64,000 bases of DNA from an uncultured delta proteobacterium (GCA_963729715.1 CAVSPA010000006.1:352001-416000); one strand, 5' to 3'; shown: positions 48,864 to 58,960, counted from the stretch's first letter. Numbers and translations are program-made. The notes: generated from the letters alone by a model not told the origin.

Positions 48864-50108
48864 ATGTCTGTCGTTATTCCCTTTAAGGCGCTAAGGCCGC
48901 ATAGACAATTTGTCCAGGCCGTGGCCTCTTATCCCTATGATGTGGTGAGCGTGGAGGAGGCAAGAGAGATTGTTAAAGACAATCCCCTGAATTTCTTGCA
49001 TGTGGAGAAATCGGAAATCGATCTGCAATCTTCTATAGGTGCAAATGATGAGAGTCAATATGAGATCGCAAAATCAAATCTTGACAAGCTGATTGAGAGG
49101 AACATCCTGTTTCAAGAAAAAGAGGATTGCTTTTATATATACCGGCAGAAAGCCGGTTCCCACGCGCAGTACGGCATAGTTGCTGCGATCAGCCTCGCTG
49201 AATACGAATCGGGCGAGATCAGGAAACATGAGCTTACAAAGGCAGATAAGGAACATGATCGCATTCGGCATGTCATGGCAGTAGATGCCCAGACGGGGCC
49301 GGTATTTGTGACATACAGAGCCCAGGACCCAATCGACCGGATGGTCAAGAAAGTGGTCGAGGATGATCCCGAATATGATTTTATTTCTGATGATGGCATC
49401 AATCATACCGTATGGGTTATAAACGCCGAAAAAAAAATTGCAGCTTTTGAAGAGGCATTTGCTAAGGTGCATACGCTCTACATAGCAGATGGCCACCACC
49501 GGGCTGCCGCAGCGGCAGCGGTGAGGAAGCTGAAGAAAGAAAAAAATCCCGGAATCGGAAGCGAGCAAGCACACGACTATGTGATGGCTGTCCTGTTTCC
49601 GCATAATCAACTCAAGATCATGAGCTATAACCGGGCCGTGACAGATTTAAACGGCCTTGATGAAGCCGAATTCCTTCGTCATGTTCGCGGACAATTTCTT
49701 GTATCCGATAATTTTGCGCCGAAGTCGCCGTCCCAGTGGCATGAAATCGGGATGTATCTACGAGGCAGGTGGTACAGGCTAAATGCGAAGGATGATAGCT
49801 ATCATAAGGATGATCCCATTAAGAGCCTTGATGTTTCGATTCTTCAGGAAAATCTCTTGAAGCCTGTCCTGGGGATCCGGAATCCCCGGGCGGACGAAAG
49901 GATAGAATATATAGGCGGCATAAGAGGGGTGCAAGAGCTCGAGAGGCTGGTCGATTCAAGTGAATTTGCCGTTGCCTTCTCCCTGTATCCGACAAGTATG
50001 GAACAACTAATGGCCGTGTCAGATGCGGGCAAAATCATGCCTCCAAAATCCACCTGGTTTGAACCTAAGCTTCGCAGCGGCATATTTATTCATCTACTTA
50101 CATCATGA
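48864..50108 (+). CDS. DUF1015 family protein
   Basis: PFKALRP, PYDV, IRKHELT, YIADGHHR, MPPKSTWFEPKLRSG; GAGGAG RBS. Confidence 0.88.
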   Translation: MSVVIPFKALRPHRQFVQAVASYPYDVVSVEEAREIVKDNPLNFLHVEKSEIDLQSSIGANDESQYEIAKSNLDKLIERNILFQEKEDCFYIYRQKAGSHAQYGIVAAISLAEYESGEIRKHELTKADKEHDRIRHVMAVDAQTGPVFVTYRAQDPIDRMVKKVVEDDPEYDFISDDGINHTVWVINAEKKIAAFEEAFAKVHTLYIADGHHRAAAAAAVRKLKKEKNPGIGSEQAHDYVMAVLFPHNQLKIMSYNRAVTDLNGLDEAEFLRHVRGQFLVSDNFAPKSPSQWHEIGMYLRGRWYRLNAKDDSYHKDDPIKSLDVSILQENLLKPVLGIRNPRADERIEYIGGIRGVQELERLVDSSEFAVAFSLYPTSMEQLMAVSDAGKIMPPKSTWFEPKLRSGIFIHLLTS

Positions 50109-50893
50109 AAAAGAATGTTCCACGCCTGTCAATGTTAAGAAGAAAGGGAGAAACCGTCGATGAACTTCTTGGCAGACGGGTGAAGATATTTCAAAAAGAG
50201 AAGGGGTACCGCTTTTCTGTTGATGCGCTTCTCTTAGCTCATTTTGTCCGTGTGAAAAAAGGAGATCTGATTGCCGATCTCGGAACCGGCAGTGGCGTGA
50301 TTGCCATCATCGTGGCGCAGAGAGAAGAATGCGATAAAGTCGTAGCCGTTGATATTCAGGAAGAACTCGTTGACATGGCAAGAAGAAGCGTCATACTGAA
50401 TGATCTTCAGGAGAAGGTTAATATCTGCCATGGGGATGTCAGAAAAATCGAGACCTTCTTTAAAGCGGGATCTTTTGACGTCTCAATCTTCAATCCTCCT
50501 TATAGAAAATTAAGTTCCGGAAAACTAAATCCCAATGCCGAGAAGTCCGTGGCGCGGCACGAGATCAAAGGATCGCTGCACGATTTTCTGAAAGCGTCGG
50601 TGTATCTTTTAAAAAAATCAGGACGTGTCGATATCATATATCCTGCGATGAAGATGGTCGGGCTTCTCTCTTCCATGAGAACGGCCGGTATGGAGCCCAA
50701 GAGACTGCAAATAGTGCATTCATATGCCGCGTCCCGCGGGGAGTTTGTCTTGGTGGAGGGGGTAAAAAATGGGCGGGAGGAGTTGGAAGTCTTACCGCCT
50801 CTGGCAGTATATTCCGAGGCTGGCCGATATACGGAAGCGATGAATGCCGTCTTTAGAGAGCTTTCCTGTTTCCCGAAAGCCCCCGCCGAATGA
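50105..50893 (+). CDS. tRNA1(Val) adenine(37)-N6 methyltransferase-like protein
   Basis: GYRFSVDALLL, DLGTGSG, NPPY, ARHEI. Confidence 0.85.
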   Translation: MKKNVPRLSMLRRKGETVDELLGRRVKIFQKEKGYRFSVDALLLAHFVRVKKGDLIADLGTGSGVIAIIVAQREECDKVVAVDIQEELVDMARRSVILNDLQEKVNICHGDVRKIETFFKAGSFDVSIFNPPYRKLSSGKLNPNAEKSVARHEIKGSLHDFLKASVYLLKKSGRVDIIYPAMKMVGLLSSMRTAGMEPKRLQIVHSYAASRGEFVLVEGVKNGREELEVLPPLAVYSEAGRYTEAMNAVFRELSCFPKAPAE

Positions 50894-51359
50894 TATTTTT
50901 CGTCATCACCCTTCTTAGGATTTCCTTCAATTCCGGGTCTGCAACAGAAGAAATGCTTTTCTCGATCAGTTTCTTGTCCTTATCCTTGAGGGGGTAGGAG
51001 TCAGCTGAAAATGATGAGCCATATTGATGCGTGGGCATAGTCGATGGGATCTCACCGATGGAAAAGTGGATATTTTTTATCAAATCCTTTCCGATGATCT
51101 CGTCGATCTTTTCGATAATATCCTGCTTAAGGATATGAAGCTGGTGCATCCACACTGAAGAAGAAACCTTGACGAAAAGGGTATTTCTCTTGAACTTGTC
51201 GGGGCGGGTCTGGACTGAAATCTGTGGCCCTACAGCTTTTTGCCAGACTTCGAGCAGGTGCTGTGCCTCAGAGTCAAAGTAAATATTATGCTTTTTCAGT
51301 ACACCCGCAAGGACATTGCCGAGCCTTTGCAGATTTGCTTGTTTGCTCTTCCTACGCAT
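50853..51359 (-). CDS. dciA: DUF721/DciA helicase-loader family protein
   Basis: W...VG..I...T.P......L.V.V.SSVW..QL pattern. Confidence 0.75.
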   Translation of the reverse strand: MRRKSKQANLQRLGNVLAGVLKKHNIYFDSEAQHLLEVWQKAVGPQISVQTRPDKFKRNTLFVKVSSSVWMHQLHILKQDIIEKIDEIIGKDLIKNIHFSIGEIPSTMPTHQYGSSFSADSYPLKDKDKKLIEKSISSVADPELKEILRRVMTKNIIRRGLSGNRKAL

Positions 51360-51417
51360 AACTTATAATCGCATGGTCCCATGACGGGGGTCATGAATGC
51401 ATAGCTTCATCCAAGAC

Positions 51418-51954
51418 CTATCCCTGTGTGATTTTTTTCAGCTCCTCCGCAAAGATTTCGTATGTCTTGCGACCAAAAAGCACAAAACGAACCAGCCCAA
51501 TATCGGCGTGTTCTTTGAGATAATCTATGGCTGTTGTGAGGGCGATGTGTGCGGCTTCGTCCACGGGATAGCCATAGACGCCGGTGCTAATGGCCGGAAA
51601 GGCGACGCTCTTGAGCTTTTTTGCTGAAACAAGCTTGAGACTCTCCAGATGGGCGCTTTTTAAGAGTGCTGCTTCACCCTTTGCGCCGCCCTGGTAAACT
51701 GGCCCCACTGCGTGGATGACATATTTTGCCTTAAGATTTCCCGCAGTGGTGATAACCGCATGTCCTGTGGGACATCCTCCGATTTTCCGACACTCCTGCA
51801 TGATGGACGGCCCGCCCGCCCGATGTATGGCGCCATCTACGCCTCCACCACCCGCGAGTCGCGAATTGGCGGCATTGACGATTGCGTCTGTTTCCTCCAT
51901 TGTTATGTCTCCTTCAACAAGGGACAATATCAAATTGTTAATCCTCACTTCCAT
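51418..51954 (-). CDS. Macrodomain O-acetyl-ADP-ribose deacetylase (YmdB-like)
   Basis: GDIT, DAIVNAAN, GGGGVDGAIH, HAVGP, AFPAISTGVYGYP. Confidence 0.93.
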   Translation of the reverse strand: MEVRINNLILSLVEGDITMEETDAIVNAANSRLAGGGGVDGAIHRAGGPSIMQECRKIGGCPTGHAVITTAGNLKAKYVIHAVGPVYQGGAKGEAALLKSAHLESLKLVSAKKLKSVAFPAISTGVYGYPVDEAAHIALTTAIDYLKEHADIGLVRFVLFGRKTYEIFAEELKKITQG

Positions 51955-51957
51955 GAT

Positions 51958-53592
51958 TCAACTCCTTTCGGCAACGGGTGTTCCCTCACCATAGACGAGC
52001 ATCCGATATGCCTTTTCAATTCTGCCCCAGTTCTCCTCTCTGTCCATGGACCAATACCTGCCTATGGCGGAGACTACCTTTCCGAGATTGAGGTCCCTGC
52101 ATTTCTGTTCCACCATCTCTATATACTTGGCCCCGCTCTCCTGCAATTCTCCGCGCCTGCCGAGCATGGCATGAATGAAGACATCCCTTATTTCCTCCTG
52201 CTTCGCGATATCCATCAGGGCAAGAAGGTGATTGACAGATCCATGGGAACTGAAGAACGACACGATACCCATAATGTGTAGCGCCTTGCCGCTATCCTTG
52301 GCGTTACGTATGACATGCAGAAAAGCCTCATTATGAAAAAAAGATCCATCGGCAATGGACTGATCGATTTTCACCTTGTCGGATAAAATTCTTCTCCCCG
52401 ACCCTATGTGGAGGTGTCCGGCTTCAGAGTTGCCGACCGTCCCCGCGGAAAGGCCGACAGCTTCACCGGCAGCGGCAAGCAGCGTATGAGGGTATATTTT
52501 CTTGAGCCTGTCCATGGCGGGGGTGTTGGCGCGGGCTATCAGATTTCCCTCGCTGCTTTCATTTTCGCCCCAGCCGTCGAGAATCAGAAGCAGGACCCGC
52601 CGGGTTTTTTCCTCGGATGGATCGACGCGTCGCCGGGATGTTTTTTTTATTAGTGAATGCCCTGTCATGTACGGCGATTGGGGAATACCCATCAGCTCGA
52701 GAACAGTGGGGGCGATGTCTGCAAGCTCTCCTTGCTCGCGGAGGGATATGTCGCGATCAGTGTGCACGAGAATGAAAGGGACATGGCTATCTGTATGTCC
52801 TGTGTCGATGGTGCCGTCCGGATAGAGCCATTTTTCAACTGTACCGTGGTCGGAACTGACGATGGCGACTATCCCTTCTCTTGAAGCCTCGGCGATAATA
52901 TCGCCCATGCACGTATCCACGGCTTCGACCGCCTTAACGATGGCTTCTTCATTTTCTATGTGGCCTACCACATCGACATTGGGGAAGTTTATGAAAATGA
53001 AATGATAAGAAGGGTCGCGAATTTTTTCCTGGGCTTTTTCCGTGACGGCATAGATGGACATCTCCGGAGCTTCGTCAAAGAGGACAACATCTCTTCGAGA
53101 CGGAACGATGACCCTCTCTTCTCCCGGCAGGACTTCTGTGTTTTTACCGTTGAGGAAGAAGCCCACGTGACTCGCCTTTTCAGACTCCGTGATCTTGGCC
53201 TGTTTCAGGTTATGCCTTGCAAGGACTTCGCTCAGGGTGTCTTTGATCGCGCCCTCCGGCGGAAAGGCAACGCTAACGTTCAAATCCTTCTCGTATTCTA
53301 TCATCGTGGCAAAATGAAGAGTCAGGTCATTCTCCACCGGAAATTTGTCGAAGCCTGCATCCGTCAGGCTCTGGGTAAGTTCGACTTCTCTTTCTCCCCG
53401 GATGTTATAGTATATTACGGCATCTCCTTTTTTCAATCTTCCCACTGGCCCACCCTTACAATCAAACAAAACGAGGGGAGGGAATGTCTCATCATCTTTC
53501 CCATTCCTGTATGCATTTTTAACTGCACGAGACATGATAGACCTAATGCTTGCCATGGATTTTTCTCTCTTAGTCAATAAAGCTTTCTGCAT
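51958..53592 (-). CDS. gpmI: Circularly permuted 2,3-BPG-independent phosphoglycerate mutase (GpmI-like)
   Basis: All iPGM motif blocks are present but in swapped order: ESEK..H, DVVGH, SDHG, LADIAPT, MTG.SL come first; LILDGWG, GNSEAGH, GRY..MDR come last. Start may be 53556. Confidence 0.85.
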   Translation of the reverse strand: MQKALLTKREKSMASIRSIMSRAVKNAYRNGKDDETFPPLVLFDCKGGPVGRLKKGDAVIYYNIRGEREVELTQSLTDAGFDKFPVENDLTLHFATMIEYEKDLNVSVAFPPEGAIKDTLSEVLARHNLKQAKITESEKASHVGFFLNGKNTEVLPGEERVIVPSRRDVVLFDEAPEMSIYAVTEKAQEKIRDPSYHFIFINFPNVDVVGHIENEEAIVKAVEAVDTCMGDIIAEASREGIVAIVSSDHGTVEKWLYPDGTIDTGHTDSHVPFILVHTDRDISLREQGELADIAPTVLELMGIPQSPYMTGHSLIKKTSRRRVDPSEEKTRRVLLLILDGWGENESSEGNLIARANTPAMDRLKKIYPHTLLAAAGEAVGLSAGTVGNSEAGHLHIGSGRRILSDKVKIDQSIADGSFFHNEAFLHVIRNAKDSGKALHIMGIVSFFSSHGSVNHLLALMDIAKQEEIRDVFIHAMLGRRGELQESGAKYIEMVEQKCRDLNLGKVVSAIGRYWSMDREENWGRIEKAYRMLVYGEGTPVAERS

Positions 53593-53707
53593 AAATTAGG
53601 AGTGCATCGTGTCTTGCGGGAATACATGATGACATTTAGTTTCTAACTAAATTGCGAAAAACTGTAAAGTGAAACTTTGTCATTCCTTGATAAAAAGGCC
53701 TTTTATA

Positions 53708-53736
53708 TTGAAAATTGCATGTTTCCATGATATACT
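53708..53736 (+). promoter_or_regulatory. sigma70 promoter with extended -10
   Basis: TTGAAA-N17-TATACT with TG just upstream of the -10 box. Confidence 0.55.
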
Positions 53737-53766
53737 AAATAGATAAAATAATGGGAAAAGTCGGTC

Positions 53767-54168
53767 GTGCTAAAACTAAGCAGAGAAAAAGATCCGGAAA
53801 ATATACTGCGCGAGGAAATGCTGAAGGAAAGAGCGGAAGTCCTTGGCCGTGCCGGTGAAAAGTTGGCAGCTGCTATTGATAAGATGAGAATCGTAGAGCA
53901 GGGTATTGATGAGCGGCTGAAGCGTTTCCGCTTCACTATGGAGAAATATGAGGGAAGAGGCGGCGATAACAAAATTGCTTCTTTGAAGCAGGAAATGATG
54001 GGGGAAATCAATCGGGAGATTACTAAATTCAACCGTGCCAGAGAGTATGCGAAGTTGAGATATTACTACCTTATTGTGACGAGAGAGGCTATGGGCATGC
54101 GTCGTCATCACTGGGTAGATGATTGGTACAGCATTCCTCCGAGGAAACCGCCGTTTCGGGACTTATGA
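53767..54168 (+). CDS. Hypothetical helical protein
   Basis: 133-aa ORF ending [12 protein letters not shown]; its stop overlaps the pcm start (ATGA). Confidence 0.7.
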   Translation: MLKLSREKDPENILREEMLKERAEVLGRAGEKLAAAIDKMRIVEQGIDERLKRFRFTMEKYEGRGGDNKIASLKQEMMGEINREITKFNRAREYAKLRYYYLIVTREAMGMRRHHWVDDWYSIPPRKPPFRDL

Positions 54169-54815
54169 TGGATCGTTATTTAAAGCAAAGAAAGAAGATG
54201 GTGGAATCTCAGATAAGAGCAAGGGGGATCAGGGATCCGCACGTACTTGCGGCGATGGAAACGGTTCCCCGGCATCTCTTCGTCAATGAGGCCCTGAGAG
54301 ACCAGGCTTACAATGACAATCCACTTCCTATAGACGGGGGGCAGACTATTTCTCAACCCTATATCGTGGCTCTGATGACGGAAGCTATGGAGCTTACCGG
54401 GAAGGACAAGGTTCTCGAAATCGGAACAGGTTCAGGTTATCAAACTGCCGTACTGGCGGAACTCGCGGAGCATGTGTTTTCCATCGATCGCGTTGCCACG
54501 CTGGCAAATGCGGCGAGAAAGCTTCTGGAGTCGCTTAATTATTTTAACGTGGCAATCAGAGTCGGGGATGGGACATATGGTTGGCGGGAAGAGGCTCCCT
54601 TCGATGCAATTATTGTCACAGCCGGTGCTCCGGACATTCCCAAGACTTTCGTGGAGCAGCTCGCTATTGGAGGAAGACTCGTTATCCCTGTTGGCGGCCG
54701 CCATTCTCAAGCACTCATTAGACTGACCAGATTGTCCGACGACGTAAACACTGTGAAAAAAGAAGACCTGGGTGGATGCCGGTTTGTGGATCTTATCGGG
54801 GAATACGGATGGTAA
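54165..54815 (+). CDS. pcm: Protein-L-isoaspartate O-methyltransferase
   Basis: [44 protein letters not shown]. Confidence 0.96.
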   Translation: MMDRYLKQRKKMVESQIRARGIRDPHVLAAMETVPRHLFVNEALRDQAYNDNPLPIDGGQTISQPYIVALMTEAMELTGKDKVLEIGTGSGYQTAVLAELAEHVFSIDRVATLANAARKLLESLNYFNVAIRVGDGTYGWREEAPFDAIIVTAGAPDIPKTFVEQLAIGGRLVIPVGGRHSQALIRLTRLSDDVNTVKKEDLGGCRFVDLIGEYGW

Positions 54816-54929
54816 TTCGGACGGCTTCGAAACTATTTGTAGACATATGGGCTGAAGTAACTGTTTCTGTCCAGTCAGAATCGAGATTACTCATTTGCCG
54901 TGTTTTAAACTGATGCAGCTAATACGAAT

Positions 54930-55880
54930 ATGTCCTGGCGCTTGATCATTATCCCCCTTCTCTTAGTAAATCTCTTATATGCCTGTACAGGGCTTTATAC
55001 CGGAAATGTAAAAACTAAAGGCATATACTATCGAGTTAAAAGCGGTGACACCCTGTGGAGCATTGCCAATGCCTATAATATGGATATCCAGGAACTCGCT
55101 GAGGCGAATAATATAACGGATCCCAAGCTGATAGGGGCCGACACCATCCTGTTTATCCCTGACGCAAATCAGATTATCGATGATGTAATGACTGCGGTCA
55201 GCGAAACGGAGCCAGCAAAGAAAATAGCAAAGAAGGAAGGGAAGACATCAGAGCTAAAAACCCGTAAAGGAGGACGCTCAGGTGATAAGGTAACGGCCGC
55301 ACCGGAGGAATTATCAACGAGGGAGGCTTTAAGGGGCAGGGACGGTGAGGCGGTCAGAGAAGAATCAAAAGGGATCAAGGCCAAAGGCGTGGAGGAAGGG
55401 ACCACATTGACGGATGGGGCGCAGCCGCGCGAGGCAATGGGACGAAAGGTCGACCAAAAAGGCAGGGAAAGGGATGGTGCGGGAGAATCTGCCAAGATAA
55501 AGTTCGACAAGGATCGTTTTATATGGCCAGTGAAGGGCAAGGTACGGTCGAAGTTTGGCTTTCAGCGCGACGGTACTTATTATAATTGGATTAGCATAGC
55601 GGCAAAGGAAGGGGCGCCGGTGCTGGCTGCGGCGAACGGGACCGTAATTTATTCTAATTCGTTGAAGGATTACGGAGAAACAATTATTATAAAACATCAA
55701 GACAATTACGCCACCGTATATACCAATTTGAGCGGCAGAATAGCGCGAGTGGACGATAAGGTCAAAAAGGGCAATCGCATAGCCTTTCTCGGTAAAGCAG
55801 AAAAAAAAGGCGAAGCTTCCTTAAACTTTGAAATCCGCCATAAGAACAAGGCACGCAACCCCCTGTTTTTTCTTCCATGA
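54930..55880 (+). CDS. LysM + M23 lipoprotein (NlpD-like, degenerate M23 active site)
   Basis: Lipobox LYAC; YRVKSGDTLWSIA LysM; FIWPVKG; metal-binding His residues replaced (YNWIS, YTNL, SLNFE). Confidence 0.82.
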   Translation: MSWRLIIIPLLLVNLLYACTGLYTGNVKTKGIYYRVKSGDTLWSIANAYNMDIQELAEANNITDPKLIGADTILFIPDANQIIDDVMTAVSETEPAKKIAKKEGKTSELKTRKGGRSGDKVTAAPEELSTREALRGRDGEAVREESKGIKAKGVEEGTTLTDGAQPREAMGRKVDQKGRERDGAGESAKIKFDKDRFIWPVKGKVRSKFGFQRDGTYYNWISIAAKEGAPVLAAANGTVIYSNSLKDYGETIIIKHQDNYATVYTNLSGRIARVDDKVKKGNRIAFLGKAEKKGEASLNFEIRHKNKARNPLFFLP

Positions 55881-56040
55881 TTTTGAATTTTAATTACACT
55901 GCCGATATTCGCCTGCGCTTTGACATCCGGATAAGATATCCGAAAGGAAATGAGCTCAAGAGGTCGGTTGGTTAATTCCGGATATTCTTGGAGATAAGCA
56001 GCGCGACAGATATTGTCAGTGGGGAACCAAGAGGATCGAA

Positions 56041-57189
56041 ATGAGGCACGACATCGAACAGGGGCCAATAAGGCCGCCCAGTGAGGCGACAAGCCTCCTC
56101 ATCCGGGCAACGAGGAACTGCCCGTGGAATAAGTGCGCCTTTTGCCACACCTATCGCGATACAAAATTTGAACTGAGACACGTGGACGAAATTAAGGCGG
56201 ATATACAGAAGGCAAAGGATATTGCAGACCAGATAACAGAGCTTTCGTGGAAGCATGGCGAAGGCGGGCGTGTCAGCAAGAGCACAGTGAATCTCATATA
56301 CGGTCATGATGAGGCATACAGTGATGCTGTGAGATCGATAGCGGCCTGGCTTTATTACGGTGGCGAGTCTGTTTTCCTACAGGATGCGAATTCGATCATT
56401 ATGAAAACGGCTGATCTTGTAGAGATACTATCGTTCATTAAGGATAAGTTTCCATCTGTGAACAGGATTACCTCGTATTGCCGGTCAAAGACGGCAGCAA
56501 GGAAAACCGTGGAAGAGTTCAAGATGCTGAAGAGCGCCGGCCTCTCGCGAATTCACATAGGTATGGAAAGCGGGTACGATCCTCTTCTAAAATTTGTCAA
56601 GAAGGGAGTCACAGCAGCCGAGCACATAGAGGGAGGGCGCAATATCAAGGAGGCGGGAATTTCACTCTGTGAATATGTTATGCCGGGCCTCGGCGGGGAT
56701 CGGTGGTCGAAAGAACATGCCGAGGAAACGGCGCACGTCATCAATGAGATAGATCCGGACTTCGTCAGATTGAGGACATTTCATGCTGTTCCGGGAACGG
56801 ATCTTTTTGAAATGGTGCAGAGGGGTGAGTTCCATCCCATAGGCGATGAGGAAATACTGAGAGAGATAAGGAGATTCATAGAGTATCTTCATGGCATCGA
56901 CACTTCCATAGTGAGTGATCATATCCTGAATCTCCTCGAAGAGCTGCATGGGAAACTTCCCGAGGATCAAAAACATCTTTTGGAAATCATTGACGGATAT
57001 TTTTCTCTGCCTGATGATGAAAGGCTCGTGTACAGGATTGGAAGAAGAATCGGCGCTTACAGGGGGTTGGGCGATCTCGCAGATGAGGGCATGTATAAAA
57101 AGGTAAAGAGTATAATCGATCAATACAGTTCGCAAGACCGGAATCAGCTCGATAATGAATTACTGAAAATAATGAATAGATACATATAA
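56041..57189 (+). CDS. Radical SAM protein of unknown function
   Basis: IRPPSEA, NCPWNKCAFC, FLQDAN, GMESG, SDHILN. Confidence 0.85.
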   Translation: MRHDIEQGPIRPPSEATSLLIRATRNCPWNKCAFCHTYRDTKFELRHVDEIKADIQKAKDIADQITELSWKHGEGGRVSKSTVNLIYGHDEAYSDAVRSIAAWLYYGGESVFLQDANSIIMKTADLVEILSFIKDKFPSVNRITSYCRSKTAARKTVEEFKMLKSAGLSRIHIGMESGYDPLLKFVKKGVTAAEHIEGGRNIKEAGISLCEYVMPGLGGDRWSKEHAEETAHVINEIDPDFVRLRTFHAVPGTDLFEMVQRGEFHPIGDEEILREIRRFIEYLHGIDTSIVSDHILNLLEELHGKLPEDQKHLLEIIDGYFSLPDDERLVYRIGRRIGAYRGLGDLADEGMYKKVKSIIDQYSSQDRNQLDNELLKIMNRYI

Positions 57190-57229
57190 AGGCGATTTCC
57201 CGCGTATAATTGGTTGTCTGTTGGTTGTC

Positions 57230-57258
57230 TTGACTATTGCCTAAAAGTGTGATATAAA
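57230..57258 (+). promoter_or_regulatory. Putative carD promoter
   Basis: TTGACT-N17-TATAAA with TG extension; lacks the conserved final T of the -10 box. Confidence 0.45.
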
Positions 57259-57291
57259 AAATAGTTCTAAAATAATTAGTAGGTGAACGAG

Positions 57292-57777
57292 ATGTTTAAA
57301 GTGGGGGATTTGGCGGTCTATCCGGCTCAAGGCGTGGGAATTATCGAAGCTATTGAGCACAAAGAGTATATGGGCAGCAAACAGAAGTTTTATGTCATGA
57401 AGATCATGAGCAATGGCATGAAAATAATGATACCCATCAATAGCGCACAATCCATCGGGCTAAGAGAGGTAATCGCTGAAAAGGAAATTCCTAAAGTATA
57501 TGAAATCCTTAGAAATAAGGACGTTACTATTGATAAGCAGACATGGAACAAGAGATACAAAGAGTACTTGGACAAGATTAAGACGGGGTCGGTATTCGAG
57601 ATTGCGAGAGTGCTCCGGGACCTTATTATTTTGAAGTCCGATAAGAATCTCTCCTTTGGTGAAAGGAAGATGATGGACACGGCTAAGAGCCTCTTAGTCA
57701 AAGAAATATCAGTTGCGAGTAACTCCGAAGAAACCAAAGTGGAGCAAGATCTTAGAATAATCCTGACTGTTCAATAG
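57292..57777 (+). CDS. carD: CarD/CdnL RNA polymerase-binding factor
   Basis: FKVGD..VYPAQGVG, IGLR, TWNKRY, LSFGERKM. Confidence 0.93.
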   Translation: MFKVGDLAVYPAQGVGIIEAIEHKEYMGSKQKFYVMKIMSNGMKIMIPINSAQSIGLREVIAEKEIPKVYEILRNKDVTIDKQTWNKRYKEYLDKIKTGSVFEIARVLRDLIILKSDKNLSFGERKMMDTAKSLLVKEISVASNSEETKVEQDLRIILTVQ

Positions 57778-57882
57778 GCGTTAGGGAATAACCTTGTCGG
57801 AGTCTTCAATTCCTCTCTTTGAAAAAATGAAAATTATCACGCCAAGTGGGCCGGTATAAAAGTAATTTAGGCAAGAAAGGAG

Positions 57883-58911
57883 GTGAACATATTGATTATA
57901 AAGATTCTTTTAATGGCTGCTTGTTCAATTAGTGGTTATTTTATCGCTTTTACCTATTATGGGTTTCCCATAGCATTAATAGGATTATTTTCAGGATTTC
58001 TAATTGCCATTTGTGTCATACGAGCCGAACAAGCCATAAGAAAGGTATCGCTCAGGGTCATATTCGGTGGCGTCGTAGGCATGATCATAGGTCTTTTTAT
58101 AGCTTTTTTCCTCGCCTATGGTCTTAATTTTGTGGGAGTTACCTGGGAAAAGCAGCAGGTTGCTCCTTGGATATATGCTCTTCTGACAGGCATCATGGGC
58201 TATCTCGGACTGGTCATCGGATCAAAGAAAATCGAAGAATTCAGTTGGTTTGGCTTTAGCCAGACAAAGGAGAGCCCAGATTACGGGATTTTGGATACGA
58301 GCGTTATTATTGACGGCAGGATCGCGGATATATGTGATACAGGTTTTATCGAAGGTACGTTGGTAGTTCCGAGGTTTGTGCTGGATGAGCTGCAGTATAT
58401 TGCAGACTCTTCCGATTCCATGAAACGCTCCCGCGGCAGGAGAGGGCTCGATATCTTAAACCGGATGCAGAGAAGCAGCGGCATCAATATCGAGGTCGTT
58501 GATCAAGATTTTCCTAAGCTCAAAGGTGTTGACGCGAAGCTCGTAGCTATGGCAAAAAAAATGAACGCGAGAATTATAACCAATGACTTTAACTTGAACA
58601 AAGTAGCCGAACTACAAGGCATAAAGATCCTGAATGTTAACGAACTGGCAAATGCCCTGAAACCTGTTGTCTTACCGGGTGAAATAATGACGGTCAAGGT
58701 AATCAAAGAAGGCAAAGAACCCGGTCAAGGGGTGGCATATCTCGATGATGGAACAATGATAATTGTCGATCATGCACAGAAATACCAGGGTTCAACCGTC
58801 GAAGTTATCGTAACCAGCGTGTTGCAGACTACTGCAGGCAGAATGATATTTTCTGAGATGAAAGAGGTTGTCAACGACAAAAAAACCTACGGGTTCAGTG
58901 CGAAACAATAG
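57883..58911 (+). CDS. Membrane-anchored PIN/TRAM domain protein (YacL-like)
   Basis: N-terminal TMs; LDTSVIIDGRI, RGRRGLDIL, TNDFNL; GKEPGQGVAYLDDGTM, QTTAGRMIF. Confidence 0.92.
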   Translation: MNILIIKILLMAACSISGYFIAFTYYGFPIALIGLFSGFLIAICVIRAEQAIRKVSLRVIFGGVVGMIIGLFIAFFLAYGLNFVGVTWEKQQVAPWIYALLTGIMGYLGLVIGSKKIEEFSWFGFSQTKESPDYGILDTSVIIDGRIADICDTGFIEGTLVVPRFVLDELQYIADSSDSMKRSRGRRGLDILNRMQRSSGINIEVVDQDFPKLKGVDAKLVAMAKKMNARIITNDFNLNKVAELQGIKILNVNELANALKPVVLPGEIMTVKVIKEGKEPGQGVAYLDDGTMIIVDHAQKYQGSTVEVIVTSVLQTTAGRMIFSEMKEVVNDKKTYGFSAKQ

Positions 58912-58920
58912 TGGCATGGT

Positions 58921-58960
58921 AAAGCCCGGAGAGCTGGAAAGTCGCCGGGCTTTTTTATTT
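58921..58960 (+). terminator. Intrinsic terminator
   Basis: AAAGCCCGG...CCGGGCTTT stem followed by TTTTTTATTT, right after the PIN/TRAM stop. Confidence 0.65.
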
